From Lingula anatina (taxonomy: Eukaryota; Animalia; Brachiopoda), in NCBI GenBank assembly GCA_051362555.1, contig CM120640.1, forward strand, positions 47,842,788 to 47,906,787: DNA of 64,000 bases. Reading direction: 5' to 3'. The position numbers and the translations under genes were made by a program. The notes under the pieces are model-generated. The model had not been told where the DNA came from. It made no database searches and saw nothing but the letters and a program-made list of their open reading frames with translations. Positions 12,041 through 25,600 of this stretch are shown one piece after another; position 1 is the first letter of the stretch; every line of letters starts with the position of its first letter.

Positions 12041-13638
12041 GGGTAAGGTAAATAATAACTTTTTTTTTTTTTTTGAAATCTCTCAAGGAACAGGTCAAAA
12101 AGTTCATTTCTGGTGAGAAATTTGAGCTGGGGCCATTCTTTAGTCGGTAATTTCACTATTTTTGGAAATGCATATAAAGCATGTGTACTACTTATACGGT
12201 AACTGTAGTAACTATAGGCATGTATATACCTGCATTGGATAGGGTTGGGTGGGGCACAAATTTTTGATAAGTGTTTTCTATGGCAGAAAATCATACTAAA
12301 AACACGTTTTTTTTTCACAACAGCCATTTAGGTTGGTAAAATGACGATTTTCAAAAAGGCAGATAAAACGCCCTAACGGGAATTTCAACATCGACAATTA
12401 AAGGACCCATAGTTTGTAAGATGCTTTTTCTTATGTTTAGGGGGTTGTTAACATATTTTTTCTTATGTTAACACTACCATTGTTACATTTTATATGGAGT
12501 TTGGTTACCTTATTGGTTAATAGTTTACTGTCAAGCTTAACGGAAGAGCCAGATCTCAGTCAGTCAAAACAAGGTGTGATAATATATCTCAAGTTCTGCT
12601 GCATGCGAAATATAAGGAAGAGTCAGAATTATCCTAACCTCAAGCAACCAAAGGGTGAATGTGTTTAAATTATTAAAAAATGAAATGGATGGAATATTTT
12701 TGTTCTGCATGAAAAAAGCAATCACTATCATGCACTGAGACCAGCAAAGAAGTTGCCAAGGAAATATCCAATGTCTGGATGTCCATGAATATCTTTCCTC
12801 TCTTTGAGAACATTTTCAACATAATGACTGCAATTGGCGCTACATATAAAAAGCATTGTGCTTATATATGATGAATCTTATATCATAAGCAATCTTTGTC
12901 AAGTTTTGATTGAACTCTTTCACTTACGTATATCATCACTTTTAACCCTTGCACTTCACAGACAGTTAATGCTTCGTTAGTTCCCCAGGTATATTATAAT
13001 CCAACATACTTCTGTTGGGAATGTTCTTCTCAAAGAACGGAAAAATATATTTTTGGAGATTCCAGCATTGGAGATTTCCTTGGAAACTTCTTTGCTGGCC
13101 TCAGCTTATGACAGGGATCTCTTTCGGCTTCATACTCGTAAAACAAAGGTGTGCCATCCATCCTACTGTAATAATTTTAAAATATTCACCTTTCGGTAAG
13201 GATAATTGGTTCTTCATTATAATTTCCATCCAACAGATGTTGAGAAATCTTATCACTCCTCATTTTGATTGATCAAGACGAGTGAGGTGGGTCATGGTTC
13301 CCATTATCGACGATTCTGGCTCTTCATTCTAGCTTGACAGTTAACTGTCAGCATACATGGTAACTGAACTCACTGTAAAATGTACCAATCTCAGTATTAA
13401 CACCAGAAATGGATTCCACAATCCCTAAACATAGGAAAAGACATATGACACACTATAGTACCTTTAATTGTTGTTGATGAAACTCTAGGTAGGCCGTTTT
13501 GGCTGCCATTTTGAAAATTGTCATTTTACCGACCTAAATAATTGTTGTATAAATAAATGATTGCCATATTTGTGTTCAGCATCAAATTTCGCCTCAGAAA
13601 ATATCTGTTATGGAAAACTTTTGAGATTTACCCTACCC
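12041..13638. mobile_element. Foldback-like non-autonomous DNA transposon with TA target-site duplication
   Basis: TA|GGGTAAGGTAAAT...ATTTACCCTACCC|TA. There are also inner inverted pairs at 12318-12378/13487-13547 and 12737-12821/13012-13103. Confidence 0.7.
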
Positions 13639-14894
13639 TACATATAACGCTTATCCGATGTCAAACACTCCTGTCTGCATACCGGCCCATTGTTTGCCTG
13701 GGACGCAGACCCGGTTCGCCGTCTGTGGATTTCAATGCTCTTAGTTCAATATTATCTGAAAAAACAGGACCGGAGGATTGCATACGCAAAACAATCATTT
13801 AAATATCGACCGAACCTAAATTGAGACGTGTGGCAAATTATGTGAGAGAATAATGCAATATTATATATATTGTACTTGGTAAGAAGTTGGCTTCTTGCTG
13901 CACGCCGGTCCTGTGCTTAGAAAACAACAAAGATTTTATGTAACATTTTACTTAATCTAGTTTCATTACTTGACATGCCCTTTAAAGGTTTCGCTGGAAG
14001 ATCTAGAATTTCTTGGGGGGATCAGAAAAAACGGTATCTCAGATTTTTTTAATCATATTGAGAGTCATATTTAAGTCACAGTAGACAAAAAATCATTTAA
14101 AAAGTTTCATTTAACGACTTTGAAGATAAGATCCGAACCACACCTTATGAAAAAAGTTTGAGATACTGTTTTGTAGTCCTCTTTCATATCCACACAATGT
14201 CTCTTAAAAGAATTGTCGAGGTAATACTCTAATAATCGAGAAAATCTTCAAACTGTTTAGTAGCGGAAGCTATGCTAAACATCCAGAGGTTATACTAAAA
14301 TGGATTATGATACAAGGTATATTATGGACCCCTTCCCAAAGAAAAAGAATTAAGATTAAACCTACACATGAACACATAAAAATGGGCTAGGGTTATACAT
14401 GGACACCCTGTAAACTGTCCAATTATAGTTTTTGGCCAGTCATTGTGTCATTTTTTGTAAAAAAAAAAAAAAAAAGTGAAAAGAATAGAATTATATATCT
14501 CATGGGCCTATTTGGAATCTCATGAGCCCATCACGGTTCAAGGCCTAAATCAACGTGAGTTGTACATAAATGTATGCTTTTTGGGTCAAATTGCTTACGG
14601 AGTGGTGGTTTAAGGTCTTGAACCCCTTCACGTGACTCTGCAGACAACTGGTGTGTGATTATACTTTTATAGTCATTGCTTTGGGTTATATCTTGCTTCT
14701 TAAAATGTTATTTATAGCTCCCTGAAGCTTATAATTCTATGAGAAAGGGGTATTGTACTATTTCTTTAGAATCCATTCAATTGAGTGTTGGACATATTCG
14801 TTACGGCTTTCTTGGGACTACACCAAACTGATTCGCATGCTTTTTTTATATATATAGATCAAATATGGTGCTACGCATGAAGTCATTTTTTTAA

Positions 14895-15983
14895 ATGATT
14901 TTGCTGTTTTCGTGGGGATTCTTTGCGCTTTTCGTTATGCTTACGTATCAAAACAGGGCACGGAGTCAAGGCCCTAGTCATCGCATTCATACAGTGAAAA
15001 ATGGGACACAAATGAAGCCCCAGACCCACCACGCGTCTGTCGGTCTCAAGGGATCGTGCTTGGTCGAGGAAGATGTATGCCTGCTTCGAGAACGAAACGC
15101 ATCCTACCTTTGGTATCACATAAGGACCTTTGAGTATGCCATCAATAAACAATGTGAAGGGAAAGAGAAATCGGCCTATCTGTTGGTGTTGGTGATATCA
15201 GATCCACGCGATCCAAAGACTAGGTCCATGTACCGTCAAACCTGTGGGAGTGTAAAAGCACACATGGGAAAATCTATTAAAACTATGTTCTTTGTGGGAA
15301 AAACAAATGATTCGCTAGTGGAGAATGCAATTATCAAAGAAAGTGAACAATATGGAGATATCATTAAAATTGACTTTGAGGATTCATATAAGAATTACAC
15401 ACTCAAGACCATCCTGGCTTTTCGCTGGGCGGTTGATTATTGCCCTGGTGCGGAGTTTGTCTTTAGGTGTGGACACGATGTAATAACGAACATGCGAGAA
15501 ATTGTTGGCTATTTGACACGACTTCCGCCAAGTATGAGAGCAACTTTATTTTCCGGATTTCTTTTTACTCGTCCTGGCAGACCACACAGGGACCCAAACA
15601 GTAAATTTTACCAGTCGCATGAACAATATGGACCATCCACATATCCGCCTTTCATTTCAGGATTTGCGTCGATTTTTTCACTAGGTGCGATCAAAATACT
15701 TAACTCCGCTTCATTGAACCAACATTTATTCATTGAAGATGTCTACTTAGCAAGCCTCGCACATAAACATGGCATAAAATTGATAAACACTGGACGATAT
15801 TTTTGGTTTATGCCTGATATTAAATATGAAGATATACTAAGAAATAAATGTGGCTTACTACAGTCTTTCGCTATACACAGGCCCCCTACGCTCGCTGTTT
15901 GGAAAATACTGAATGGAAATTTGACCAAAGAAAAGGCATGCAAATCATCGATACATTACAAAAGTACCAAAAAAGGACAATAA
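14895..15983 (+). CDS. Beta-1,3-galactosyltransferase-like protein (CAZy GT31, Galactosyl_T domain), single coding exon
   Basis: 362-aa ORF with an N-terminal signal anchor. GT31 motifs present: LLVLVIS, ESEQYGDII..DFEDSYKNYTLKT, WAVDYCP.AEFV, RDPNSKFY, YPPFISG and EDVYL. Splice acceptor at ~14857. Confidence 0.9.
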   Translation: MILLFSWGFFALFVMLTYQNRARSQGPSHRIHTVKNGTQMKPQTHHASVGLKGSCLVEEDVCLLRERNASYLWYHIRTFEYAINKQCEGKEKSAYLLVLVISDPRDPKTRSMYRQTCGSVKAHMGKSIKTMFFVGKTNDSLVENAIIKESEQYGDIIKIDFEDSYKNYTLKTILAFRWAVDYCPGAEFVFRCGHDVITNMREIVGYLTRLPPSMRATLFSGFLFTRPGRPHRDPNSKFYQSHEQYGPSTYPPFISGFASIFSLGAIKILNSASLNQHLFIEDVYLASLAHKHGIKLINTGRYFWFMPDIKYEDILRNKCGLLQSFAIHRPPTLAVWKILNGNLTKEKACKSSIHYKSTKKGQ

Positions 15984-16323
15984 GAAAGAAAAAACATGAT
16001 CAGAAAATTTACCAAGGAGAAATTCAACGCATAAGTTAAAGTATCAGATGCGCCGTTCACGGCTGAATATAACCTTAAAGAGACAGAAAAAACACGAAGA
16101 AGGGAATTAACCAAAACTTTTTTGCAGTGCCTCAACGTACGTGTCCGAAACGAGGAGAAAACGAGATACAGATGGAGCGACTTTGTTTTCATGTTACTCC
16201 TTATGTGATTAAAAGCTCTTTCATTGACATAAGAGCATCTTTGTCGTGGGCAACAAGTAAACTCGTACAAGTAAGCTCCGGTATGGGGGTCAATGGGTGT
16301 AAAACCCAAGTGAAATATGTTAA

Positions 16324-16324
<1 letters not shown>

Positions 16325-16354
<30 letters not shown>

Positions 16355-16375
16355 GCATATCTTCGTTTTACCTCC

Positions 16376-16418
<43 letters not shown>

Positions 16419-16421
16419 TTT
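16325..16421. repeat. Compound microsatellite (TAA)n + (TTTA)n
   Basis: Directly visible. Confidence 0.9.
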
Positions 16422-16946
16422 TGTAAAAGAAGTAAAAACAACACACCAAAGGCTGAATCAAATTTACCTGAATAATAATAATAACGAAAAACGTACCGTA
16501 TGAAATTCGGCAGCATCATATTTTCATTATTTTCTTAATTTAATGCCAAAATAAGCGTTGGGGAAACTCATTTTTAATCGCTACATAACAAACAGCAAAC
16601 ATCGAGACTAGAATAAACAACGGCCATTATACATGCAGTTGAATCAATTAATTGAATGACTTTGGTTTGAAGGCTATTAAATCATACCATTTAGGCAACT
16701 CGATAACACTCACACACACACACACACACACAAATACGTCTTACACATTAAGTTCTAGGTGAAAATCGTGCAAACTGGCGACCGCCACCGTCTTTTAAAA
16801 CACACTTTATCTGATGCAGTACATTGCATATCATCCAGTTTGCTATTGTTAACTGCAAAAACAGTGAAAATACACTCTAGAGTCAAGGACCAATTGTTTC
16901 ACTTTCAAAAATAAATTTCTTATGAATTATTACTATAAACCTCTGA

Positions 16947-17709
16947 CTAGCACCACTCTTCCTGAGGTTCAACAGAAGAGGAATCGGACAGGGACACTTG
17001 GTCTGGGTCTTCCATTTCTTCTATAATACTCCCTTCCTCTGATACCACTGACAGCTGGGAGTTGATTGGAGTTCTGTTGTGCGCAGGTGGTGTCTCCTCC
17101 TGAAGCGGAATATTTCTGTTTTTAAATTGTTTTACAAGAAAGAATGTGTGAAAAGTGCCAATACTGGTTTATTTAATTGTATATTTAGTATAGCTGCAAT
17201 TTCTGTACTCGAGTGCTCTGCACACGTTGAATTGAATTATCTATCTGGAAGTCATGATGTGTAATCCAACTCACAATGGAACGGTAAGGAGAGGAAGGGC
17301 GGATCTTAAAGTGTTGATGCCTCTGCAGATAAACCACGTGCCAACCTTTTATGTAATCATAGTACGAAATAATAGCGAAACAAACTAGGACACTAGACGC
17401 AATACATCGTTAAGAAAACAGATAAATGCTGACTTGTCTTTCGGAAAAGTCTGTAAATCCGACCTTCAACAAAGATTGTATAGAGAGCGGCTTTTTAGCT
17501 GCATGTAAAATTCTGGTACATCTAAAACAAAACCCACTGACGGGAAACATTGTGTTATCTCAAATAAATCGGCTCTGATGATTTACCTCCGGCAAACACG
17601 TGATGCCAGTTGAGGGCTGTGTATACACCAAAAACGCCATAGGGTCTTGGTCTTTCAAAGTCACTAATAGATCTCTCAATGTTTTCCACTGGTTCTCAGC
17701 TGATGACAC
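16947..17709 (-). CDS. Two probable alternative terminal exons of the SAM/RA gene
   Basis: Phase-0 exon 17709-17587 (123 nt, VSSAENQWKTLRDLLVTLKDQDP...) and terminal exon 17099-16947 (EETPPAH...VEPQEEWC*), both with AG acceptors. A matching phase-0 donor GAG|GTACAA lies inside the 20538 exon at 20463. Confidence 0.6.
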
Positions 17710-20411
17710 CTGAAATATTTTATCAGTTAGTGTTGGTGAGAATGCTACAATGAGCATTAACTTTATTCTGCTTATTGAAAAGTATAAACATGCCTGCAAA
17801 GCCAAGGACATATCGAAAATGGACAATTAAATTTCCAAGAACTAATATAAAAAATAATAAAGGAGCACATATAAAGCAATATAAAGCATGAGGTCAACTT
17901 CTTGTTTAATGTGGATTCTATAATATTTTTGCATAATATTGCACAGTCATAAATTTCAATTTGATTTCCTGAAATTAAACAATCATTAAATCATTATGCA
18001 ACTAAAATGAGCGCAGATAAGGGAAAACCGTATATATAGGGTGTTAAACTGGCGATTCTCAATGTTGCAGAGATAATAAGGAAAACTTTAGGACCCCACC
18101 CCCCTCCCTTCCCGACCAACAAGCGGTTTTAACTCCCTTTTACAGACTTGCGGTCACCGTTCTTCCCCTGAAATGGAACGCTGAATGTGATCAACCAGTT
18201 TTTTTTACAAACTTCACGTGATAAAGAAGTCGACATCAATTTACTATGGGATTCAGGATGGTTGCAAGTGTAGCAAGTGTGAGAACTTTTTTTTTCATCG
18301 CTGTGATTGAGCATGGAAGACTTAGAATATGATTTGTACATCTTCATTAATGCCATGCATATCAGATATTGTAAACTTGCAAGGTCTAACAGACGAGGTC
18401 AAACAGCTTGACATCATTCTAAACCCACCCACTGAGCAGAGTGCGATTGCAGTAGGGAATTTTGTAAGTAAAATTATGAAAAAACGTAATTAACTGGAAG
18501 TGCACAAATGATTTCATGCATCTCACCTGCATATTAAGAGAATGTATATTGTGTAACATTATATAAGTATAATTTTTTTTCTCTCTTTCATTTACTTACT
18601 ATCATTACTATCTTTTCGTATGTATATTGTATAGTAGTTAGAGAGCCTCTAAATGTAAAAACATTTCAGTGCTCAATAAATTATTATTATTATTATTATT
18701 ACCTTTCTTCGCCCTGTACCCCATTTGGCCTGACCAACTTGACCAGCACTTATTGTAGGCTATCAGACACAGGTAGAAAAAAACCACACGTATTAAAAAT
18801 TTAACGAATCTGGGTCTGTTTTTATATGCTTCACCTCGGTAGCAAATATCACTTTGTCCGTCTCCTTTTAGCTCAGCAACAACAAGAAACCTATCAAACA
18901 CCGCTGCGGCCTGTCGCTGGCCAAGAATACCATTGTTAACTGTCCACAGGTCTTTAAAATCAGTTTGTATTGACACCTGATGAAATTATCGAACCAGAAC
19001 TGGATAGGTCTGTTTAAATAAATTCATACTTACAATATGATCAACCAATGTAATACAAATTAAACCAGGACTAGAAAGTTCTTATTAATACCAGGGCTGA
19101 GCTGGTCTGTGTAAAACAATTTATGTATAAAACAACTACTATACCTGATATGTGACACACATCAGACATTTGTTCTAGTTATGCATATCGCAGTATGGAT
19201 ATAGTAGCAAACTAAAATGGAAAATATTAATTCTGACACCATATTCTATAAAAATAATAATGGTTTTATGGGGGAAAGCTGAAGCATGAAACACTTTTTT
19301 AATATAAAAAAAATTTATTGGGTATTTAAGTCCAAGCTTTAGCAATAGCCTCTACATTCATGGTTATTTCCTCTGGTTTTGAACTTTACATATATACATT
19401 TAGGTAAAAACAAATCAATCTAAAGAAAAAAAGGAAATCAACCCTCAACCATACACAAGAATAGGCTTTCTACTGGACTAAAACAAAAATGTGACTTGAT
19501 GAACAAAACTGTAACATCTATAATCTAGTTCACAATAACAAGTGTAAAATGGTAAGAAAGTGTCTGAATTTTTTTCTGAGCTTTTCACATAAAAATAAAA
19601 GTGCACAAAAGTGCAGAAATCAAAAGAAAAACAACAAATACATGTATATGACGAATGAGATTCAAAATGGCAAGTTCATACAATTTTGCCCAAAAAAGGC
19701 AAATTTGGAAGAAAATACAGCAATAAACATCTCTTATTTGATATAAACCAACATCAAGTAAGTTTAAGTGCACCTTAAAAATCATTAATTAAGCTTAAAA
19801 TATTTTTAAACTGAGGAAGCATCAAACAATAAATCCATCCATCTACTGCTTTCTATTTATATAAATTTTCTTTCTTTTGTAACATGATTGTCATAATAGC
19901 AAACTTATGTACATAAATCAAACCACTATGTTGTTGAAATGATACATAAAACAATAACATCTTAACAGTATCAAAATAATGCATTAATTATACAATAATT
20001 AAGACTACTTTAAAAGCAACTATTTGGTAACAAAATGTTTTACACTGAGCAGCATAAAATTAGGTACAAAAATTATTCAAGCAAAGCTGAAGGGTGCAGA
20101 CAAAGGTGGTGTTAACTATGGAAGATATGGTTACATGCAGACATACTATTTTCTTATTAAAGCTTAAATCATAACCACAACCCCTGTTCTCTATCTACAA
20201 GGTAAGAGAGGTCAACTATCCTAATTTTACTGGTTTAGCCCATAATGATTATCTGATTTGATTCCACCATTTTTGAAATATATATTTGCTTACCTCTGAT
20301 TGTTTCTTTTATTAAAAAAAAATTGATCTGCTTGTTTTATGTTGTTAATATCTTTTACCCAATTATCTTTCTATTAATTATCTTTCTCCTTTAGAAAATA
20401 AATCATTCTAA

Positions 20412-22589
20412 TCACACAAATTTTGCCACCAAAGTATCCGTGGATAGTTTCTGCAGTTGTACCTCTCTCTGCAGACATTGGACACGTTCCTGTAAACTGC
20501 AACATTCTCCCACTAGATAGCGCTCTCTTTCTCTCAACCTACAACACAAGATAAATCAAGTGTACTTAAGGCAGTTATCAAGATCCAAACACTTCATGAA
20601 AAAGACACCACCTTGTCAAAATATTTTGATGAAACCTATTTTAAATCTAATTATTAATAATTGGTAGCAAAAGATGAGTCATTTTTTTACTCTTTATGCA
20701 AAATAACCATTTGCACATTATTTCAATCTTTCTGGTAAAATATCAAATGTTTACAGTACAGCATACAGTTACTTACCGCTCAACTTCAGCAGTCAAGTCC
20801 AACTGATGGGGTGATCCATCTACACTGGTCAGTATACCAGCATCTTTGGTAACCATATCCTGGTCAGTCTGTCCATCCAGCAGCCTGAGAAACACCAGTT
20901 CTTTGGACAAGTTGTCATTTGTTTTCGCCAGATGGTTGATGCTCCCTTCAGTTATACCTAAGGCTTTTCTGCCACCTATCTCTAATATACTGAAAAAAAA
21001 ACCAAGCAAATCTTAAGAAAATAGAAGGTTTCTAATTAGTTTTTTGAAACTGATAAAATGAAATAAATGTATAAAGCAATAGATTCAGCAAGCAAAGACA
21101 ATCTTAAACTGGGGTATAATATCCAACATTTATCACCAATTTAAAGAAAAAAACACGAGTTTTTAAAATTTTCATTATCCAGTCTTAAGCAAAGAAAATT
21201 TTACAACAATGTAATCATCTCTTACATGTCGCCCTCTTCCAGACTCCCACATGCATTAGTCACCACAAGGCAACCATCTCCATCCCCACCTGCCATACTG
21301 TCTACCAGCTGTAGGTCTGACAGAGAGCAGGTGATCTTAGTGTCCATCACTTGATACCTGTCTATTCTAGACAAGAACTTATACAGGGATGGTTCCTGAA
21401 AGAAAAATCTTTAAGGTCAAACCCAAGATGCCTCCAACACACTGTTTGCACAGTAAGGATTAAGGGCTGGAAAAACTTCATTCCTTGTAATGTGTACTTA
21501 CACTAAAATGCATGTTGTTTGTAAAAAAAAGGTCCACAGCATACTGACAGATACTTATAAAACAACCATTCTTCTACATGGATATTGTGTCCCTTACCTG
21601 CCTGTGCTGCTGTTGCTTCAATCTCGCATTTTCTTCCTTCAAGGCTTGGATTAGACCGTCTCTTTCTTCCAGACTGCTCTTCATCAGTTCTATTTCTTGA
21701 AACAACTTGAATGAATAAACACATACATATATATTATCAATATTAGAAGACCAACTTGTGTTCAAAAGTGTCATTCACATCCAATTCATTTAAATACACA
21801 ATATAAAACATTAACGCAAAAATAGAAAAGCAAAGAAAATAGAAAAAGATTAATCTAGCACACATGACAGGTCAGACCGCAAGGTATCTATCTGTCGCCC
21901 TGGTCCTAGATGTGGGATAGATTGAATCTCAAGCCCTCCAGCAGATACCAGGCTGTATGATGTGTCATGTGACCAGCCCTGTTGAATATCAGTGGTACTG
22001 ATCACAATGTTGCATTGTAATTGCCTTGCATCCATGAGCTGGTCACATGGCAAGTCTGACAGCTAGATATTTGCCTGAGGATCAGGTCCCAGATTCGGGA
22101 TAGATTAAATCTCAGTCTTCCTAACCCCTTCAGTGATTGGTCACTGGTGTTGATTTCTCCACTGAAACTCAGCAGTACTGACCACAATGTTAGATCAGTG
22201 CTGCATGACACTGTAAGTCCAGTAACAGATTTATCTTTTTCTTTTCTATAAAGCACACTACTGGTAATTATCTCACATACAACATTAATACTTTTTGGTA
22301 GTTTTATTATTTTCATTATTTATTCTGTAACATTCCAATTACAAACAGCCAATTTATAACATGCTAAAGGGCCTTTTTTATGAATCTGTAGGTAATTAAC
22401 ACCAAGACAGCATAAATACCTCCAAGTTTTCACTGGTTATGCTGATGTTTTTTACTTCTCTGAGGCCTTTTTTGTTCTCAATTGAGTAATCATCAATGGA
22501 AGCTTCAATGTGAGCCATCTGAAAGAAAATTAAAGGTTGTAAGTTGTCATTTCAAATTGGATTAGAAACTCTCTCTCCCTCAGAGAGAG

Positions 22590-22638
<49 letters not shown>

Positions 22639-25600
22639 TATGCACGCACACATACACAATTGTCTTCATGCGGAGATGCATGTATGTAATCAGTTTGAAA
22701 TTACCCCTCACCTCTTCCTCTAAGGACTGAAGCTTTTCCATTTCCAATTTAGATTTCATGTTGTTCTCGGAACTAGATGACACCAAACTGGACTCCTGTT
22801 TAGTAATAAATAATATACACTAAATAAATCACATTCTGTGTTAAATGGATCTATTAGACATTGCAATTACTCAAAAAAAATTAACAAGAAAAATTGAAAC
22901 CAGTTACTAAAAATAACCATAAATATAAACACTATATTTTTTATCATTCACACTGCATCAATTGAAATTTGTTTAAGCAAAAAGTGTAAGAATCTAGACC
23001 AATGTACTTACTCCAGAAGCAAAGGACTTGCCAGAGGACTTGGACAGCATGGATTCATTTCTGCTGACACCTCTGTAATTTCAAATTATGAACATCATCA
23101 TCACCACTTATGACTCATACAGACACATTTGTACACCAAGATATATATTGATTTTTGTATCAAAACAATCACTTTCAATGTTTTCCAAAAGAAAATGTTC
23201 ACAAAAAATGCAACATAAATGTGAAAAAGCACAAGTAGTATGTTAAAGCACACTTATATACAACTCAACCTTCAAAGCTTACCATATCTATTTTCAAATA
23301 TTACATTTACATTTAATGAACATTTCCCAATTAATTATTCTAGAAAATCTACTTCACCCTGAAGAGGAGGTATATGTGCTGGGTGGGGCTCCACAGTGGA
23401 TCTGCATCCCCATGTTGGCTTTGTCACACACTATGAAGGAGTCTGTATTTAACTCTGCAATAATGTCAGTCTCTCCCACTAACTGCACATCTGAAATGAG
23501 AGATTTATCTAATCACAAATAGGGCATGGGTAATATCAGGATCAATGTATTGCCAAACCATGTGATTCTGAATAGGAAAGATCCTAAGATAAATAAGGAT
23601 ACTCAAAATATTGCTAAACAAATTTATCATCATTTATTTAATTTCAAAAAGCAACTTAGGCACATGCACGCATGCGTCAAGGTGTCAGAATCTCCTCCCA
23701 GCGCAGCCGAGAATTAATTACAGCTTTGGAAGTAACGCGCTCGCTCTGCTAGTTAATTACGCCATGGGGTATTCGGGGCACAGATTGTGATCACTAGATA
23801 CCGCCAATGGATTTTTGGATTTTTAGAATTTAGATTTTTCATGTGAACAGTGCCATAATGTACCTTACACTCGATGTACTCAATGCATTATAATGGAGCA
23901 ATGTGCTATATACATATTGCTCATTCAAAGGATTAACTGACTTTCTCCATGTGCAAAGAGTGTGTGTGCGTGTGCATGTGTGTGTGCATGTGCGTGTGTG
24001 TGTGAGTGTGTAGGTGCCATGAAAAACTTTAGGAAAGTGCAACTCACCACCAGTGTCTTTATCAATTTCCAACAAGCAAAAGAGTCCTGGGTCAACATGT
24101 CTCATGTTGTATTTGTTAAGTGCCACTATCAGTACCTCTGCACATGTGGACATGTTGGACACATTGATTGTTTTGCCTTTGGGTTTTAGTCCTGTGATCT
24201 TGCAGATTACCTACACATAAAAGCAGTGGAATATGAATGTAAACCAAATATGAATAAACTTTGGCAAAGACTGTGGACTTCTTACATTTGCTTATGCTTG
24301 CATGTGTACTACCTGGGCTATTTTTTTTTTAATTTCTTAATTGAAAATTATACTCAGAATTTACCTTTATAGGTTTGCCTGTTCTCTGTTTCAGTTCAAA
24401 TCGGTGTGGCATCCCCACAGACCACTGTCTCTGTACTGCCAGAGGGCACTCATACCTGCCTAGCTCACTCTCTGAAAAATAGGTGCTCAGATGAAATTCA
24501 AAGAAATGAATGTGGACATAAAGGTCACTTTTTGACACTCCTAGAAATTAATATATGGTGACTCTTTGTAAACATATCTTCAAGTTCAATGCTATTTCAT
24601 TAACTAGAGGATCAGAGAGGCGATACTGCCTCCAAATATTGTACCACCAGCTGGAGCAAGCGCATTCGTATAGACCCCCACCTATCTCTGCCAGTTTTGG
24701 AGATAAAAGGGAAGAAAAATTTGCAAAGTTCAGTTCATGGTGAAAAGTAGGTCAAAGGTCAATTTTAAGGTGACAGTAAATTGCCAGTATATGACTTCCT
24801 ATTCAAGTTCAATAGTAACTATGGACCTATCTCTGCCAGTTTTGGAGATAAAAGGAAAGCAAAATTTGCAAAATTCAGTTCATGGTGAAAAGTAGGTCAA
24901 AGGTCAATTTTAATGTCACATATAGATTGCCAGTATATGACTTCCTATTCAAGTTCAATAGTAACTACGGACCTATCTCTGCCAGTTTTGGAGATAAAAG
25001 GAAAGCAAAATTTGCAAAATTCAGTTCATGGTGTAAAGTAGGTCAAAGGTCAATTTTAAGGTCACATTTAGATTGCCAGTATATGACTTCCTATTCAACT
25101 TCAATAGTAACTATGGACCTATCTCTGCCAGTTTTGGAGATAAAAGGGAAGAAAAATTTGCAAAGTTCAGTTCATGGTGAAAAGTAGGTCAAAGGTCAAT
25201 TTTAAGGTCACATTTAGATTGCCAGTATATGACTTCCTATTCAAGTTCAATAATAACTATGGACCTATCTCTGCCAGTTTTGGAGATAAAAGGGAAGCAA
25301 ATTTTGCAAAGTTCAGTTTATGGTGAAAAGTAGGTCAAAGGTCAATTTTAAGGTCACATTTAGATTGCCAGTATATGACTTCCTATTCAAGTTCAATAGT
25401 AACTACAGACCTATCTCTGCCAGTTTTGGAGATAAAAGGAAAGCAAAATTTGCAAAATTCAGTTCATGGTGTAAAGTAGGTCAAAGGTCAATTTTAAGGT
25501 CACATTTAGATTGCCAGTATATGACTTCCTTTTCAAGTTCAATAGTAACTATGGACCTATCTCTGCCAGTTTTGGAGATAAAAGGGAAGAAAAATTTGCA

